This document shows, one piece after another, positions 11,256 through 21,309 of a stretch of DNA of 64,000 bases. The position numbers were made by a program, and so were the translations under genes. The number at the start of each line of letters is the position of its first letter. Within the stretch, counting starts at the first letter, position 1. Below the pieces are notes generated by a model that had not been told where the DNA came from, did not search any database, and was given only the letters and a program-made list of their open reading frames with translations. Source of the stretch: Spirochaetia bacterium (GTDB lineage: Bacteria > Spirochaetota > Spirochaetia > SZUA-6 > Bin103); the NCBI GenBank assembly GCA_965199955.1, contig CBDATQ010000001.1, forward strand, positions 1,952,001-2,016,000, in the 5' to 3' direction.

Positions 11256-11886
11256 CCGTGGACACAGCGAGTCACGGCTGGCCGGCCGCCCCGGTCCCGG
11301 TCAATCGCAGCGAGGCGGTGATCGAGGCGTTCTGGGACGAGACCTTCGCCGCCGACCGGCGCTGGCCGATGTCCCCGCATGGCGCGGACGGCCCGTATTG
11401 GCGCAGCCACCATGGCCACGGCAACGAGCTGTGCTGGTCGGGGACCGGCAGCATCGAGCTGAATCGCTCGTACGAGTTGTCTGTCCGGGGTTGCTCGCGG
11501 TTGAGCCTGGCGATCCGGCTGGATGCCGACACTCGCGGGCATGATGGATCAGACGCGGGCCGACGGCACCTAAGTGGAGGGCAACACCTACGGGCTCGGC
11601 ACGCTGGGGTCGGCGTTCGCCAGCTACCATGCGGCGGCTGCTGCTGATCCGGCCGGACCTGCTGGTCGTCGTCGACACGGCCGTGTTCGGCGCGGCGGGG
11701 CCGGCGGTGGTGAGCTGGCACAGCCTGACGCCGTGGCGCGTGGACGGCCGGAGTTGCGCCGCGCGCAGCGCCGCCGTCGCGGCCGCCCTGGGTGGCACCA
11801 GGCTGGCGACAGCGGCCGGGCGGGCAGAGGGCTCCGGCCTGATGACGCTGCCGGCGGGACGCCGGCACGGAGGAGGACGATCGTGA
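11252..11886 (+). pseudogene. Internally deleted remnant of a heparinase II/III-like gene (paralogue of the next gene)
   Basis: Three fragments match the N-terminal, middle (ADGT*VEGNTY) and C-terminal (WHSLTPW) parts of 11883-14180; in-frame TAA at 11571. Confidence 0.7.
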
Positions 11887-14180
11887 GTCGACGGCTATAT
11901 CCGATCCGGCACAGCGAGGGGGAGGCGATCCTGGTCCGTATGTTCGATCCCCGGCGGCATCCGTTGAGTGACTGGTCGATCGACGGCGCCGATTCCGGCG
12001 AGCTCAAGGAGACCTTCCATTCGATCCAGTGCACGTGGCCGGGCGGCCGCCCGCTGGCCATGGTCCTGCGCCGGCAGGTCGACATCGACGTGGACGGCTA
12101 CGACCTGCTGGTGCTCTGCGTGCAGTCCATGCGGTCGACGGCGATCACCATACGGGCGACCGTCGACGGCTCGCCCCGCGTGATCGTGGATGGGGCAGCG
12201 GGCATCGACGCCGGCCAGGAACTGGAGGGGCGGATCGGAGGGCGACACATCTCCGCGCTGGAGATCGAGCTCGACGATCCCGGGGAGCTGCCGGGCGTGG
12301 CCGACCTGTTCTGGCTCGGCGTCACCGACAGCGCCGCGCGCGACGCCCGCCGCGCGCGCGTCCTGCCGTATCCCGACGACTGGCACGACCTGGTGCTGCC
12401 CAACGCTGTGGAGTCGGCCGCCGCCGACCCGCAGCTCGGCCTGTTCTTCGACGCCGCCGACCTGAAACGTCTGCGTGCGCGCGTCCGGGGGCCCACCTGG
12501 GGACCGGTATACGCCCGGCTGCGCGACGTGGCCCGCTCGTTCCGCGGCAGCGAGCCGTGGCGCGGCATCGGCCAGACCATCAACAACTTCCCGGTGCGCA
12601 ACGGCCATCGCGGCGACGGGCTCAACACGCCCCACCACTGGATCGACATCGCGGCGATGCGCATCTGCGCCTTCGTGGGCCTGCTGGACGGCGATCGGGA
12701 GCTGATGCGGATCGCGCTGCACCACGCCCTGGCTGCCGCGCACTGCGACGTCTGGACGCCGGGCTTCATGAGCGGCATGCCCGGATCGAGCTGGGAGACG
12801 CGCTGCTTCAGCGAGTACCGGGTCGCGATCAACTGCATCTTCGCCTGGGACTGGGCCGGATCGCTGCTGACGGACTCCGGCAAGGAGCTGCTGGCGCAGG
12901 CGGTGTCGATCAAGGCGATGCCGTGGATCCAGCAGACGCTGATGCGCTATCCGTACGTGCGCGGCAACAACCAGGGGATCTTCTTTGCGTTCGGCGGCAT
13001 CGTGGTGAGCGTGGCACTCGCCCGGCACTGGCCGTACGGCGGTGACTTCCTGGAGCCGTTCCGTGACGCGCTGGACCAGACCGTGCGCGCCTACTACGCG
13101 GCCGACGGCGGCACGTACGAGGGCATCGGCTACGCGACCGGATCACTGCAGCAGGCGCTGGCCGGGTATGCGGTCTACGCCCGTCACCGCGGCGTGCCGG
13201 TGGAGGAAATCGTTCCCGACGTCGCGGTCCGCTCCGTGGACTACATCACCGCCATGCTCAGCACCGAGCCGCCGGTGGGCGCGGTCATCAAGCGCTCCGA
13301 CGGCGGCCGGGCCGGCGTGTGCGTGGCCTCCGGATCGCTGGGGCTGCTGTGCCGGCTGTCGGACGATCCGGCCGTGCCGGCACTGCTGGCCGGCGTCAAG
13401 GAGGAGTTGCCTCGCGCCAACTACGCCCCGGAGCATGAGCTCAACATCATCTACGGACCGGACGAGCTGCCGGCGGCAGCAGCGTGCCCGCCGGTGTTCA
13501 ACAACCTGGCCGTCACCGGCCTGCTGTGCTCGAACCGGCCGACCCCGGACGGACCGGTGCGGGTGCAGGTCATCGGCGGCCCGGCCGGCGCCGGCCACGG
13601 CCACGACGACCGCGGCAGCTTCGTGCTGGAGGCGTTCGGCGACGAGCTGGCGGTCGACCGCGGCCAGATGCCGTACGTCGATCCTCGCTCGGCCACCATC
13701 AAGCACGCGCGCTACCACAACCTGGCGGTCCCGCACGCGGCCGACGGCATGCCGCTACGGCAGCTCAATCCGTGCCCGGTCGCCACCGTCGCCGAGGGTG
13801 AGGGCGACGAGCGGCGCCTGCATTGCCGGGTCGATCTGAACGGAGTCTGGCCCGATCCGGTCACCGGAGCCGAACGACTGCTCGACTCTGACGACCCGCG
13901 GCGTCTCGCGGTCACCGACCGGCTGCTGCTGGAACGCCCGCTGCCGGTCGGCTTTTCCCTGCACAGCCGCTACCCGTGGGAGCGGTGCGGGCGCGGCTGG
14001 GTCACCGCGGGCCCGCATGGCCGCCTCACGGTCACGACGCGCTGGCGGCCACAGACGGAGGAGGGCGGGGAGGACTTCGTCATGGGCACCAAGGAGCCGG
14101 CCTACCGCCTGTTGCTGTTGACCGAAGCGGCGGTGGAGCACACGCTCGTCACCGACCTGGAGGTGGAGCCATGCGCGTAG
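11883..14180 (+). CDS. Heparinase II/III-like polysaccharide lyase family protein
   Basis: DGGTYEGIGY, GHGHDDRGSFVL, HN motif; GGAGGA RBS and GTG start. Confidence 0.75.
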   Translation: MSRRLYPIRHSEGEAILVRMFDPRRHPLSDWSIDGADSGELKETFHSIQCTWPGGRPLAMVLRRQVDIDVDGYDLLVLCVQSMRSTAITIRATVDGSPRVIVDGAAGIDAGQELEGRIGGRHISALEIELDDPGELPGVADLFWLGVTDSAARDARRARVLPYPDDWHDLVLPNAVESAAADPQLGLFFDAADLKRLRARVRGPTWGPVYARLRDVARSFRGSEPWRGIGQTINNFPVRNGHRGDGLNTPHHWIDIAAMRICAFVGLLDGDRELMRIALHHALAAAHCDVWTPGFMSGMPGSSWETRCFSEYRVAINCIFAWDWAGSLLTDSGKELLAQAVSIKAMPWIQQTLMRYPYVRGNNQGIFFAFGGIVVSVALARHWPYGGDFLEPFRDALDQTVRAYYAADGGTYEGIGYATGSLQQALAGYAVYARHRGVPVEEIVPDVAVRSVDYITAMLSTEPPVGAVIKRSDGGRAGVCVASGSLGLLCRLSDDPAVPALLAGVKEELPRANYAPEHELNIIYGPDELPAAAACPPVFNNLAVTGLLCSNRPTPDGPVRVQVIGGPAGAGHGHDDRGSFVLEAFGDELAVDRGQMPYVDPRSATIKHARYHNLAVPHAADGMPLRQLNPCPVATVAEGEGDERRLHCRVDLNGVWPDPVTGAERLLDSDDPRRLAVTDRLLLERPLPVGFSLHSRYPWERCGRGWVTAGPHGRLTVTTRWRPQTEEGGEDFVMGTKEPAYRLLLLTEAAVEHTLVTDLEVEPCA

Positions 14181-15175
14181 GCGTATTCGCCAAGGACACC
14201 AGCGACGACGGCCTGCGGTTCCTGAAGCAGATCGGCGTCGACGACGTCGACCTGCGGCTGGAGTACCTGGAGGAGTACCGCGCCTCCGGGTCGCTGACGG
14301 CCGCCTCGGCGCGGAGCGTGGTCGAGCGGTACGCCGGATTCGGCCTGCGGATCAACGTCGCCAACGCCGCGATCGAGCACCTCTGGGACGCCTACTACGG
14401 CCGCCCTGGAGCCGACCGCCAGATCGGCCGGCTCTGCGAGCTGATCCGTAACGTCGGCGAGGCGGGCATCCCGCTGGTGGGCATCAAGCCCAACAACGCC
14501 CAGTACCTGCCGCCGGCGGGGCCTCCCGGACACACCGTGGCGCGCGGGCGCGGCGGCTACGGCCGGCCCGGCATCAACTTCGCCGACGCCGACCGAGTGA
14601 TGGACGCACCGCTCGGCGCCGTCGAGTCGGAGCGGATCTGGGACGGCTACCGCCGCGTCTACGAAGCGGCGCTTCCGGTGGCGGAGGAGGCGGGGGTCCG
14701 CCTCTGCCAGCACGGCAACGATCCGCCGATCCCGGTGTACCGCGGCATCCCGCACGTGCTGAACAGCTTCGCGGCCTTCGATCGGCTGTTCGGAGAGTTC
14801 CCGAGCCCGAACAACGGCATGACCTACTGCGTGGGCACGCGCTACGAGTCAGGCGAGGACGTGCTGGCCGGCATCGCCCACTTCGGCTCCGAACGGATCT
14901 TCAACGTCCACTTCCGCAATGTGATCGGTCCGATCCCGGCGCGCGGCGAGTACCTGGAGACCTTCCTGGACGACGGCGACATGGACATGGGGGCGGTCGT
15001 CGCCGCGCTGGAGGCAGCCGGCTACGACGGAGTGCTCAACATCGACCACATCCCGATCCTGGACATCGAGCAGGAGTGGGACAAGAAGCTGGCGACCGCC
15101 TGGGCGGTGGCCTACGCTAAGGCGCTGGTGACCGCCGCGGATCCCCGCGGCCGAGAGGAAAGCCGTGCGGTTTGA
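14171..15175 (+). CDS. Mannonate dehydratase-like (UxuA/xylose isomerase-like TIM barrel)
   Basis: PVAEEAGVRLCQHGNDPP, SPNNG, VHFRNV, FLDDGDMDM, DHIP. Confidence 0.85.
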   Translation: MRVGVFAKDTSDDGLRFLKQIGVDDVDLRLEYLEEYRASGSLTAASARSVVERYAGFGLRINVANAAIEHLWDAYYGRPGADRQIGRLCELIRNVGEAGIPLVGIKPNNAQYLPPAGPPGHTVARGRGGYGRPGINFADADRVMDAPLGAVESERIWDGYRRVYEAALPVAEEAGVRLCQHGNDPPIPVYRGIPHVLNSFAAFDRLFGEFPSPNNGMTYCVGTRYESGEDVLAGIAHFGSERIFNVHFRNVIGPIPARGEYLETFLDDGDMDMGAVVAALEAAGYDGVLNIDHIPILDIEQEWDKKLATAWAVAYAKALVTAADPRGREESRAV

Positions 15176-15211
15176 CCTCCCCTGCCGCGCTGCCTACCGT
15201 ATCGCGTAGCC

Positions 15212-15607
15212 ATGGGAGCCACCTATGTCGACGTGACGATCCGCAACCCGGCCGCCCCGGCGAAGAGCTGGACCGGGCGGTTCCTGGTCGACGCGGGTGC
15301 ATTCGACTCGCTGGTGCCGCGCCAGCATCTGCAGGCGATCGGCCTGGCACCGGTGTCCCACGATCAGTATGTGCTGGCGGACGGCAGCTCGATCACGATG
15401 GACACCGCGGTCGGACAGCTCGAGTTCGAGGGCAAGATCGTCGGCGGTACCATCGTCTTCGGCGACACGCACGCCGAACCGCTGCTGGGAGTGACTGCAT
15501 TGGAGTCCGGCGGGTTCGAAGTGGACCCGCGCTCGCAGCAGTTGAAGCGACTGCCGGCGATTCTCCTGAAGGGCCTGCGACGACCGGCTCACCCGTCCAT
15601 GAGGTAG
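15212..15607 (+). CDS. Clan AA (retropepsin-like) aspartic protease, AF_0612-like
   Basis: MGATYVDVTIRN, FLVDAGA, LADGS, EPLLGVTALE, VDP. Confidence 0.82.
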   Translation: MGATYVDVTIRNPAAPAKSWTGRFLVDAGAFDSLVPRQHLQAIGLAPVSHDQYVLADGSSITMDTAVGQLEFEGKIVGGTIVFGDTHAEPLLGVTALESGGFEVDPRSQQLKRLPAILLKGLRRPAHPSMR

Positions 15608-16797
15608 TCGCGGTCGATCTGGTCTACGGCCGTGCAGCCGAGCAGGGTCATCGTGCGCCGCACCTCCTCGGTCAGCAGCTCGATGGCGTAGTCGACGCCA
15701 GCCTCGCCGCCGGCGCCCAGGCCGTACAGATAGAAGCGCCCGGCCATGCAGGCGTCGGCGCCCAGGGCGATCGCCTTGACGATGTCGCCGCCGCGGCGCA
15801 CGCCGCCGTCGCAGATCACGGCCGTCCTGCCGGCCACCGCGTCCACGACCGGTGGCACCAGGTCGACCGGCGCGGGCGCCCCTTCGAGCTGGCGCCCGCC
15901 GTGGTTGGACAGCACGATCGCCTCGCAGCCGCGCTCGGCGGCGAGCAGGGCATCGGCCACGGTCTGGATCCCCTTGACCACCAGAGGTCCGTCCCAGATC
16001 GAGCGCAACCAGTCGATGTCGCGCAAGTTCACGGTGGGATCGAACTGGTGCTTGATGTATTCGGCCAGCGCCACCGCCGTGGAACCGTCGGCCGACGCCC
16101 GGCCATGGAAGTTGGCGAAGGTGATCGGATCGGAGCGGACGAAGTCCCAGGTCCAGCCCGGCCGCCGCAGGCCGTCGAGCAGCGTGGAGAGCTCAAGCTG
16201 CGGCGGCAGCGTGAAACCGTGCCGGACGTCGCGCTCGCGGCTTCCGGAAGCGGCGATGTCCACCGTCGGCATCAGTACGGCGTAGCCGGCGGCGGCGGCG
16301 CGCTGCACGAGCTCGCGCACCAGGCCGCGGTCGCGCTGCATGTAGAGCTGAAACCAGAGCGGCCCGGTGCTGACCGCCGCTACCTCTTCGATGGAGCGGG
16401 TGCTCACCGTGGACAAGCTGTAGGGCAGACCGGCGCGGCCGGCTGCGCGCGCCACGGCCAGCTCGCCCCGCGGGTCGGCGATGCGGGTGAACCCGGTGGG
16501 GGCCAGCACCAGCGGGATGGACAGCGACTGCCCCAACAGGGTGGTGGTGGTGTCGACGACCGACATGTCGCGGAGGACCCGCGGCGCGAAGCGCCGGCGG
16601 CGGTAGGCCAGCGTGTTGGCGCGCAGCGTCATCTCGTCCTCCGCGCCGCCGTCAAGGTAGCCGAACACGCCGCGGGGCAGGCGGCGCCGCGCCAGCAGGC
16701 GCAGGTCCGCGATGTTCACCGCCCGCGCGCGCAATCGCTCGCCGCGGGTGCGTCCGCGGCGGCGGAAGCGCATGACCGAGCGCAGGGTCTTCAGCAT
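15589..16797 (-). CDS. FMN-dependent alpha-hydroxy acid dehydrogenase (L-lactate dehydrogenase-like)
   Basis: YLDGGAEDE, APTG, WFQLY, SNHGGRQLE, DGGVRRG. Confidence 0.93.
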   Translation of the reverse strand: MLKTLRSVMRFRRRGRTRGERLRARAVNIADLRLLARRRLPRGVFGYLDGGAEDEMTLRANTLAYRRRRFAPRVLRDMSVVDTTTTLLGQSLSIPLVLAPTGFTRIADPRGELAVARAAGRAGLPYSLSTVSTRSIEEVAAVSTGPLWFQLYMQRDRGLVRELVQRAAAAGYAVLMPTVDIAASGSRERDVRHGFTLPPQLELSTLLDGLRRPGWTWDFVRSDPITFANFHGRASADGSTAVALAEYIKHQFDPTVNLRDIDWLRSIWDGPLVVKGIQTVADALLAAERGCEAIVLSNHGGRQLEGAPAPVDLVPPVVDAVAGRTAVICDGGVRRGGDIVKAIALGADACMAGRFYLYGLGAGGEAGVDYAIELLTEEVRRTMTLLGCTAVDQIDRDYLMDG

Positions 16798-16817
16798 GCC
16801 GTCGCGATGGTGAGGCG

Positions 16818-18104
16818 CTACGCGGAGCGCAGGAACTCCGCCAGGCGCGGCGTGTCCAGCGTGCGCGTGAGCCGGAAAGAGCCGGCCGGCCCGTTGGGGT
16901 GGCCCATGTAGATGAAGACGTGCTGCACGCCGGCCGCCGCGTCGACGATCGCGCCCGCGGGATGAAAGCCGTCCCCGTCGCGGTAGAAGCTTCCGCCGCG
17001 GCGGTACAGGGTCCCTTCGAGCCGCCACTCGGCCGATTCCCAGTCGGCAGGGTCGATGCTCCACAGGTCGACGCGCATCGCCTCGCGCTTGGAGCGCACC
17101 ACCTCCAGGCGGCCGGTCACCGGGTTGAAGTCCAGGTCGACCGTGTCGATGCTCCGGCGGTTGCGCATGTTGGTGCGCTGCGTCTCCACCGGGTCGCCCG
17201 GTGCGCGGAAGCGCATCTGCACGTGATCGGTGCCGGTGATCTGGTCGCGGCCGATCACCCACAGGCTGCCGTCGTGGAGCAGGGCGGCCGGCTCGTGCTG
17301 CGCCGCCCAGTCGGGCAGGCGGTGATCGATGCGCTCCCACGACCGCCCGCCGTCGCCGGAGCGAAGCACCACCAGGAACGGGCGGCCGTGGTCGCCGGGA
17401 GCGTCCACGGCGTTCTGGGAGTAGTTCGCGCCCCCGGTGCCGGCCGGCACGTAGCCCACGGTGTTGCCGAAGGCCAGCAGGCCGTGCTCGGGGTGGTCGA
17501 TGATGCGGGGTCCGAGGTAGACGATGTCGCCCGGGGTGGTGTCTTCCCGGAACGGCTCGCTCCGGTGCTCCCAGGTGACGCCTGAGTCCTCGGACCGGAA
17601 CGCGCCGTAGTTGCAGAGCACCACCACCGTGCCGTCGGGGCCAGGTCGGTTGCGAGAGGTGCCGATCGCGTTGAGGTGCAGCTTGTAGCCTTGCTTGCCG
17701 GGATTGAAGGGGCCGAACTTGTAGCGGTGCGACAGCGGCAGCACACCGCCGCGGTTGCGCTCAGGCCCCATCGCGTCGCGCAGGTCGTACGACTCGGTCC
17801 AGGTGGCGCCGCCGTCGGTCGAGCGGGTCGCCATGGAGAAGGTCGAGTCGGCGCCGCCGCGGCCCGCGCCCTTGGGGTTGTGGCCGGGGATGCGGCGGTG
17901 GATGACGACGATGGCGTCTCCCGCTACGGACGCCACCGGCCAGCCCATGTGGTCGTTGTCGCCGAGCGGATTCACCGGCAGCACCACGGGCGCCAACTCC
18001 ATGAGCCCTTCGGCCCGTGCGCGCTCCAGCAGCGACATCTGCTCCGGCGAGGCGGCCATGATGCGGCGTTCCAGATCAGCGGCACCGTCGGTCGTCCGTG
18101 TCAT
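16818..18104 (-). CDS. Sialidase-like BNR repeat protein
   Basis: Asp-boxes STDGGATW, SEDSGVTW, SGDGGRSW. Confidence 0.75.
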   Translation of the reverse strand: MTRTTDGAADLERRIMAASPEQMSLLERARAEGLMELAPVVLPVNPLGDNDHMGWPVASVAGDAIVVIHRRIPGHNPKGAGRGGADSTFSMATRSTDGGATWTESYDLRDAMGPERNRGGVLPLSHRYKFGPFNPGKQGYKLHLNAIGTSRNRPGPDGTVVVLCNYGAFRSEDSGVTWEHRSEPFREDTTPGDIVYLGPRIIDHPEHGLLAFGNTVGYVPAGTGGANYSQNAVDAPGDHGRPFLVVLRSGDGGRSWERIDHRLPDWAAQHEPAALLHDGSLWVIGRDQITGTDHVQMRFRAPGDPVETQRTNMRNRRSIDTVDLDFNPVTGRLEVVRSKREAMRVDLWSIDPADWESAEWRLEGTLYRRGGSFYRDGDGFHPAGAIVDAAAGVQHVFIYMGHPNGPAGSFRLTRTLDTPRLAEFLRSA

Positions 18105-18157
18105 GCGCCGATCTTATCAGCTATGTCTCGGGTCCGAACGTGCCGATAGGCTAGAAC

Positions 18158-18532
18158 ATGAAGTTCCGCGGGACACTGCTTGCGGGGATCGTGTGGTGTC
18201 TGGCGGTCGCCGGCTGTGCGACCTGGATGGCGCCGGAGGAGCAGTTGGGCGTCGCGTCCTGGTACGGGCCGGGATTCCACGGCAACAAGACCGCGAACGG
18301 AGAGATCTACGACATGCACGCGCGCACCGCCGCGCACCGCACGCTGCCGTTCGGGACGCTCGTGCGGGTGACCCGGCTGGACACCGGCGCATCCACGGTC
18401 GTGCGCATCAATGACCGGGGCCCGCACGTTGCGGGCCGCGTCATCGACCTGTCGAATGCCACAGCCAACGAGCTGGACATGGTGAAGGCCGGCGTCGCGC
18501 GGGTCAGGCTCGACATCATTCACCTGCCCTGA
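18158..18532 (+). CDS. rlpA: Septal ring lytic transglycosylase RlpA family lipoprotein
   Basis: Lipobox VAGC; GVASWYG, TANGE, TAAHRTLP, INDRGP, IDLS. Confidence 0.93.
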   Translation: MKFRGTLLAGIVWCLAVAGCATWMAPEEQLGVASWYGPGFHGNKTANGEIYDMHARTAAHRTLPFGTLVRVTRLDTGASTVVRINDRGPHVAGRVIDLSNATANELDMVKAGVARVRLDIIHLP

Positions 18533-18537
18533 GGGCA

Positions 18538-18571
18538 AAGAAAACCGCGCCCCGCTCGGAGCGAGGCGCGG
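18538..18571 (-). terminator. Intrinsic terminator between convergent genes
   Basis: Stem accgcgcc...ggcgcggt followed by TTTCTT on the minus strand, just downstream of the SBP stop. Confidence 0.7.
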
Positions 18572-18595
18572 TGATCACGTGAGTCGGATCGGCGT

Positions 18596-20278
18596 TTAGA
18601 AGAAGTCCGACCAGCGCGGCATCTTGGCGATCTCCGCCATCAGCTCGTCGCCGCCGGCTTCCATCCATCGAGCGACGTAGTCGTCCCACTCCGCGTCGAT
18701 GTCGATCTCGCCGGTGACCCCCTTGGCGAAGAACTCGGCGGTCATGGTCTGCAGCGCCTCGCCGCGGCGCCCCGACACCTCGCGGAAGTCGGTCTCGTTG
18801 AAGAGGTCGAAGTACTCGGTGGCGAACGTCTGGCCCTGCACGCGGTCGCCGAACAGGTGGTTGAGGATCCAGTCCGTCTGCTGCGGGGGATAGGTGAACG
18901 CGAAGCTCTCCACCGGGCTGTAGTTCGGGTAGTTGGTGGGGAAGCCACCGCGCCCCGCGGCGCCCTCGGGCCGCTGGTCGGCCGGGATCCGCCGCGTCTG
19001 CGACTTGTACGGCTCGCCCGCCCACTCCCAGTGGACGCCTTCCTCGCCGTGGTTGTACTCCCACTGGATCCACAGGTCGATGCCCTCGTTCGTGCCGTCG
19101 TTGAGCCGGTACTTGGTGTTGACGATCTCCATGATCCGAGCCGTCTTGGCGTCGTCGAGGTTCTTGTTCATCACCTCCACCTGTCCGCGCACATACGAGG
19201 TGCCGTACATGGGGGCGAACTGCTCGCCGCGCGGTCCGAGCGGCGCGAACATCACCAGCTCGACGCCGTTGGCCACGTCCTCGTCCGAGATCAGGTTGTC
19301 CGGCGGCCGCGCCGGCACCCGGCCGACGTAGTTGTAGTTGGAGTTGTAGACCCCGAACGCGCCGGTCGCCGCCTTCTCCCAGCTCGCGCCGCGATCGATG
19401 GTGAAGAACTCGCTGTCGATCAGGCCCATGTCCCACCAGCGCGCCACCAGCTCCGTGAACTCCTTGAAGCGCGGGCTGACGTGGGCGATGTACAGCTCGC
19501 CGTCGACGTAGTGGTTGCGGTCCAGTACCATGTTCGGCACGCCGAGCGCCCCTAGGATCGCCCCCCACGGCCACGCACCATAGGGGCCGCCGAGCGTGTA
19601 TGCGCCGTACGGGATCGTGTCGTTCTGGCCGTTGCCGTCCGGATCGCCGTCCCGGTAGGCGACCAGCAGGTTCTCCAGCCAGTCCAGCGTCAGCGCGTCG
19701 TTCTCGTAGTAGTGGATGCCGCGCGCCAGGAAGGTCTTGGTCGCGTCGTAGTCGGGCAGCTCCACGCCCAGCGCGTCCAGCCAGTCCTTGCGGGTGAACA
19801 GGTGGAACACCGACGCCATCGAGCTCTCGGCGATGGCGCCCATCGCCATCTGCTCGCCTTCCATGTCCGACGCGGCGTAGATCGTCCAGATCGCCGGATA
19901 GCGCTCGTCCATGGCGCGCGCGTAGTCGGGCGCGTAGGTACGCAGCATCTCCTCCGGCAGGCTGCGGATCACCTGGTCCTCGTACAGCGTCAGCGTGTTC
20001 AGACAGCACGGCGCCCCGGTGTCCGGGAACTCGCCGGCGGCCACGATGATGCGCTCGCGCTCGCCGTCGAAGCGGGCGGTGCCGTCCAGCGTGATCGTCA
20101 CGTTGAACATCTCCTCGAGCTGGCCGATCCACCACGACTCGTCGGGCGAGTCGCCCAGCCAGGTGATCTCCAGGTGAGCGTCCTCGGCGGCGGCCATCTC
20201 CACTTCGCCCGTTGCCAGCAGAGCCGCGGGAACGGCCAGGGCCAGCATCAGCGCGATCGCTACGGTTCTGTGTCGCAT
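18596..20278 (-). CDS. CUT1 carbohydrate ABC transporter substrate-binding protein
   Basis: Signal peptide, RKDWLDALG, DPDGNGQNDTIPY, WDDYVARWMEAGG; AGGAGG RBS. Confidence 0.88.
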   Translation of the reverse strand: MRHRTVAIALMLALAVPAALLATGEVEMAAAEDAHLEITWLGDSPDESWWIGQLEEMFNVTITLDGTARFDGERERIIVAAGEFPDTGAPCCLNTLTLYEDQVIRSLPEEMLRTYAPDYARAMDERYPAIWTIYAASDMEGEQMAMGAIAESSMASVFHLFTRKDWLDALGVELPDYDATKTFLARGIHYYENDALTLDWLENLLVAYRDGDPDGNGQNDTIPYGAYTLGGPYGAWPWGAILGALGVPNMVLDRNHYVDGELYIAHVSPRFKEFTELVARWWDMGLIDSEFFTIDRGASWEKAATGAFGVYNSNYNYVGRVPARPPDNLISDEDVANGVELVMFAPLGPRGEQFAPMYGTSYVRGQVEVMNKNLDDAKTARIMEIVNTKYRLNDGTNEGIDLWIQWEYNHGEEGVHWEWAGEPYKSQTRRIPADQRPEGAAGRGGFPTNYPNYSPVESFAFTYPPQQTDWILNHLFGDRVQGQTFATEYFDLFNETDFREVSGRRGEALQTMTAEFFAKGVTGEIDIDAEWDDYVARWMEAGGDELMAEIAKMPRWSDFF

Positions 20279-20370
20279 CTGTAATCCTCCTGTCGATGCG
20301 GGTGTGTGCCGGCCTGGGCGGCCGGCGTGTAACGTCGTTGCGTTCCGGCTCTCATGCTACAGGGAATCGC

Positions 20371-21309
20371 TCAGCCTTTCAGCGAGCCGATGAAGATGCC
20401 CTTGACCATGTGCCGCTGGATGAAGGGGTAGAGCAGGATGATCGGCCCGATGGTCAGCACCGTGATCGCGGCGCGCACAGACGGCAGCGGCAGCAGGTCG
20501 ACCTCCTCCTCGAACGACGCCATCTCCAGGCGCACGGCGGTCATGTCCTGCAGCATGCGGCGCAGCAGGAACTGCAGCACGTGCTTGTCGCGGCTCTTGG
20601 TGAAGAGCATGGCATGGAACCACTCGCCCCAGTGACTGACCGACGCCCACAACACCACCACGGCGATGACCGGCGCGGACAGCGGCACGACGATGCGGGC
20701 CAGCACCTGCAGGTAGTTGGCGCCGTCGATCAGGGCCGCCTCCTCGTAGGCCAGGTCCAGGGTCATCAGGAAGTTGCGCATGATCACGATGTACCAGCCC
20801 TGAACCATCACCGGGAGCACCAGCGCCAGCCGCGTGTCCATCAGGCCCAGCTTGCGCACCAGGATGTAGAGAGGGATCAGGCCGCCGCCGAAGAACAGGG
20901 TGATCACGACGTACAGCGTCAGCACCGTCCGTCCCGGCAGGTCGCGCTTGGACAGCGGATAGGCCATCAGCAGGGTGCAGGCCAGGGTGAGCACGGTGCC
21001 AAGCACGACCCGCAGGATGGAGTTGAGGTAGCCGACGCGGACGTTGCCGTAGCTGGAGACCGAATACTGGTAGGCGTAGGTCGACCAGTTGTCGTTCCAG
21101 AACTTGAATCCCAGGTGCACCAGCTCCTGCGGGCCGGCGAAGGAGGTCAGGATCAGCCGCCAGAAGGGGTAGACGATGGTGAAGCAGAACAGCAGCAGTA
21201 CCGTCACGTTCAGAACGCTGAAGGCCGACTCGCCGAGCGTGCGTCGCCGCAGCCAGGAGCCGCCGCGGCCGACGGCGGGAGCCCGCGGCGTCAGCTCACC
21301 AGATGCCAT
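20371..21309 (-). CDS. Carbohydrate ABC transporter permease
   Basis: AYPLSK, FGGGLIP, EEAALIDGA, GSLKG C-terminus. Confidence 0.93.
   Translation of the reverse strand: MASGELTPRAPAVGRGGSWLRRRTLGESAFSVLNVTVLLLFCFTIVYPFWRLILTSFAGPQELVHLGFKFWNDNWSTYAYQYSVSSYGNVRVGYLNSILRVVLGTVLTLACTLLMAYPLSKRDLPGRTVLTLYVVITLFFGGGLIPLYILVRKLGLMDTRLALVLPVMVQGWYIVIMRNFLMTLDLAYEEAALIDGANYLQVLARIVVPLSAPVIAVVVLWASVSHWGEWFHAMLFTKSRDKHVLQFLLRRMLQDMTAVRLEMASFEEEVDLLPLPSVRAAITVLTIGPIILLYPFIQRHMVKGIFIGSLKG

Noticed and set aside
11571..11573. TAA at Tyr positions (also 56899) as stop-codon recoding
   Set aside because: Both lie in genes already wrecked by deletions, and TAA ends intact genes here (e.g. 40270, 18596)
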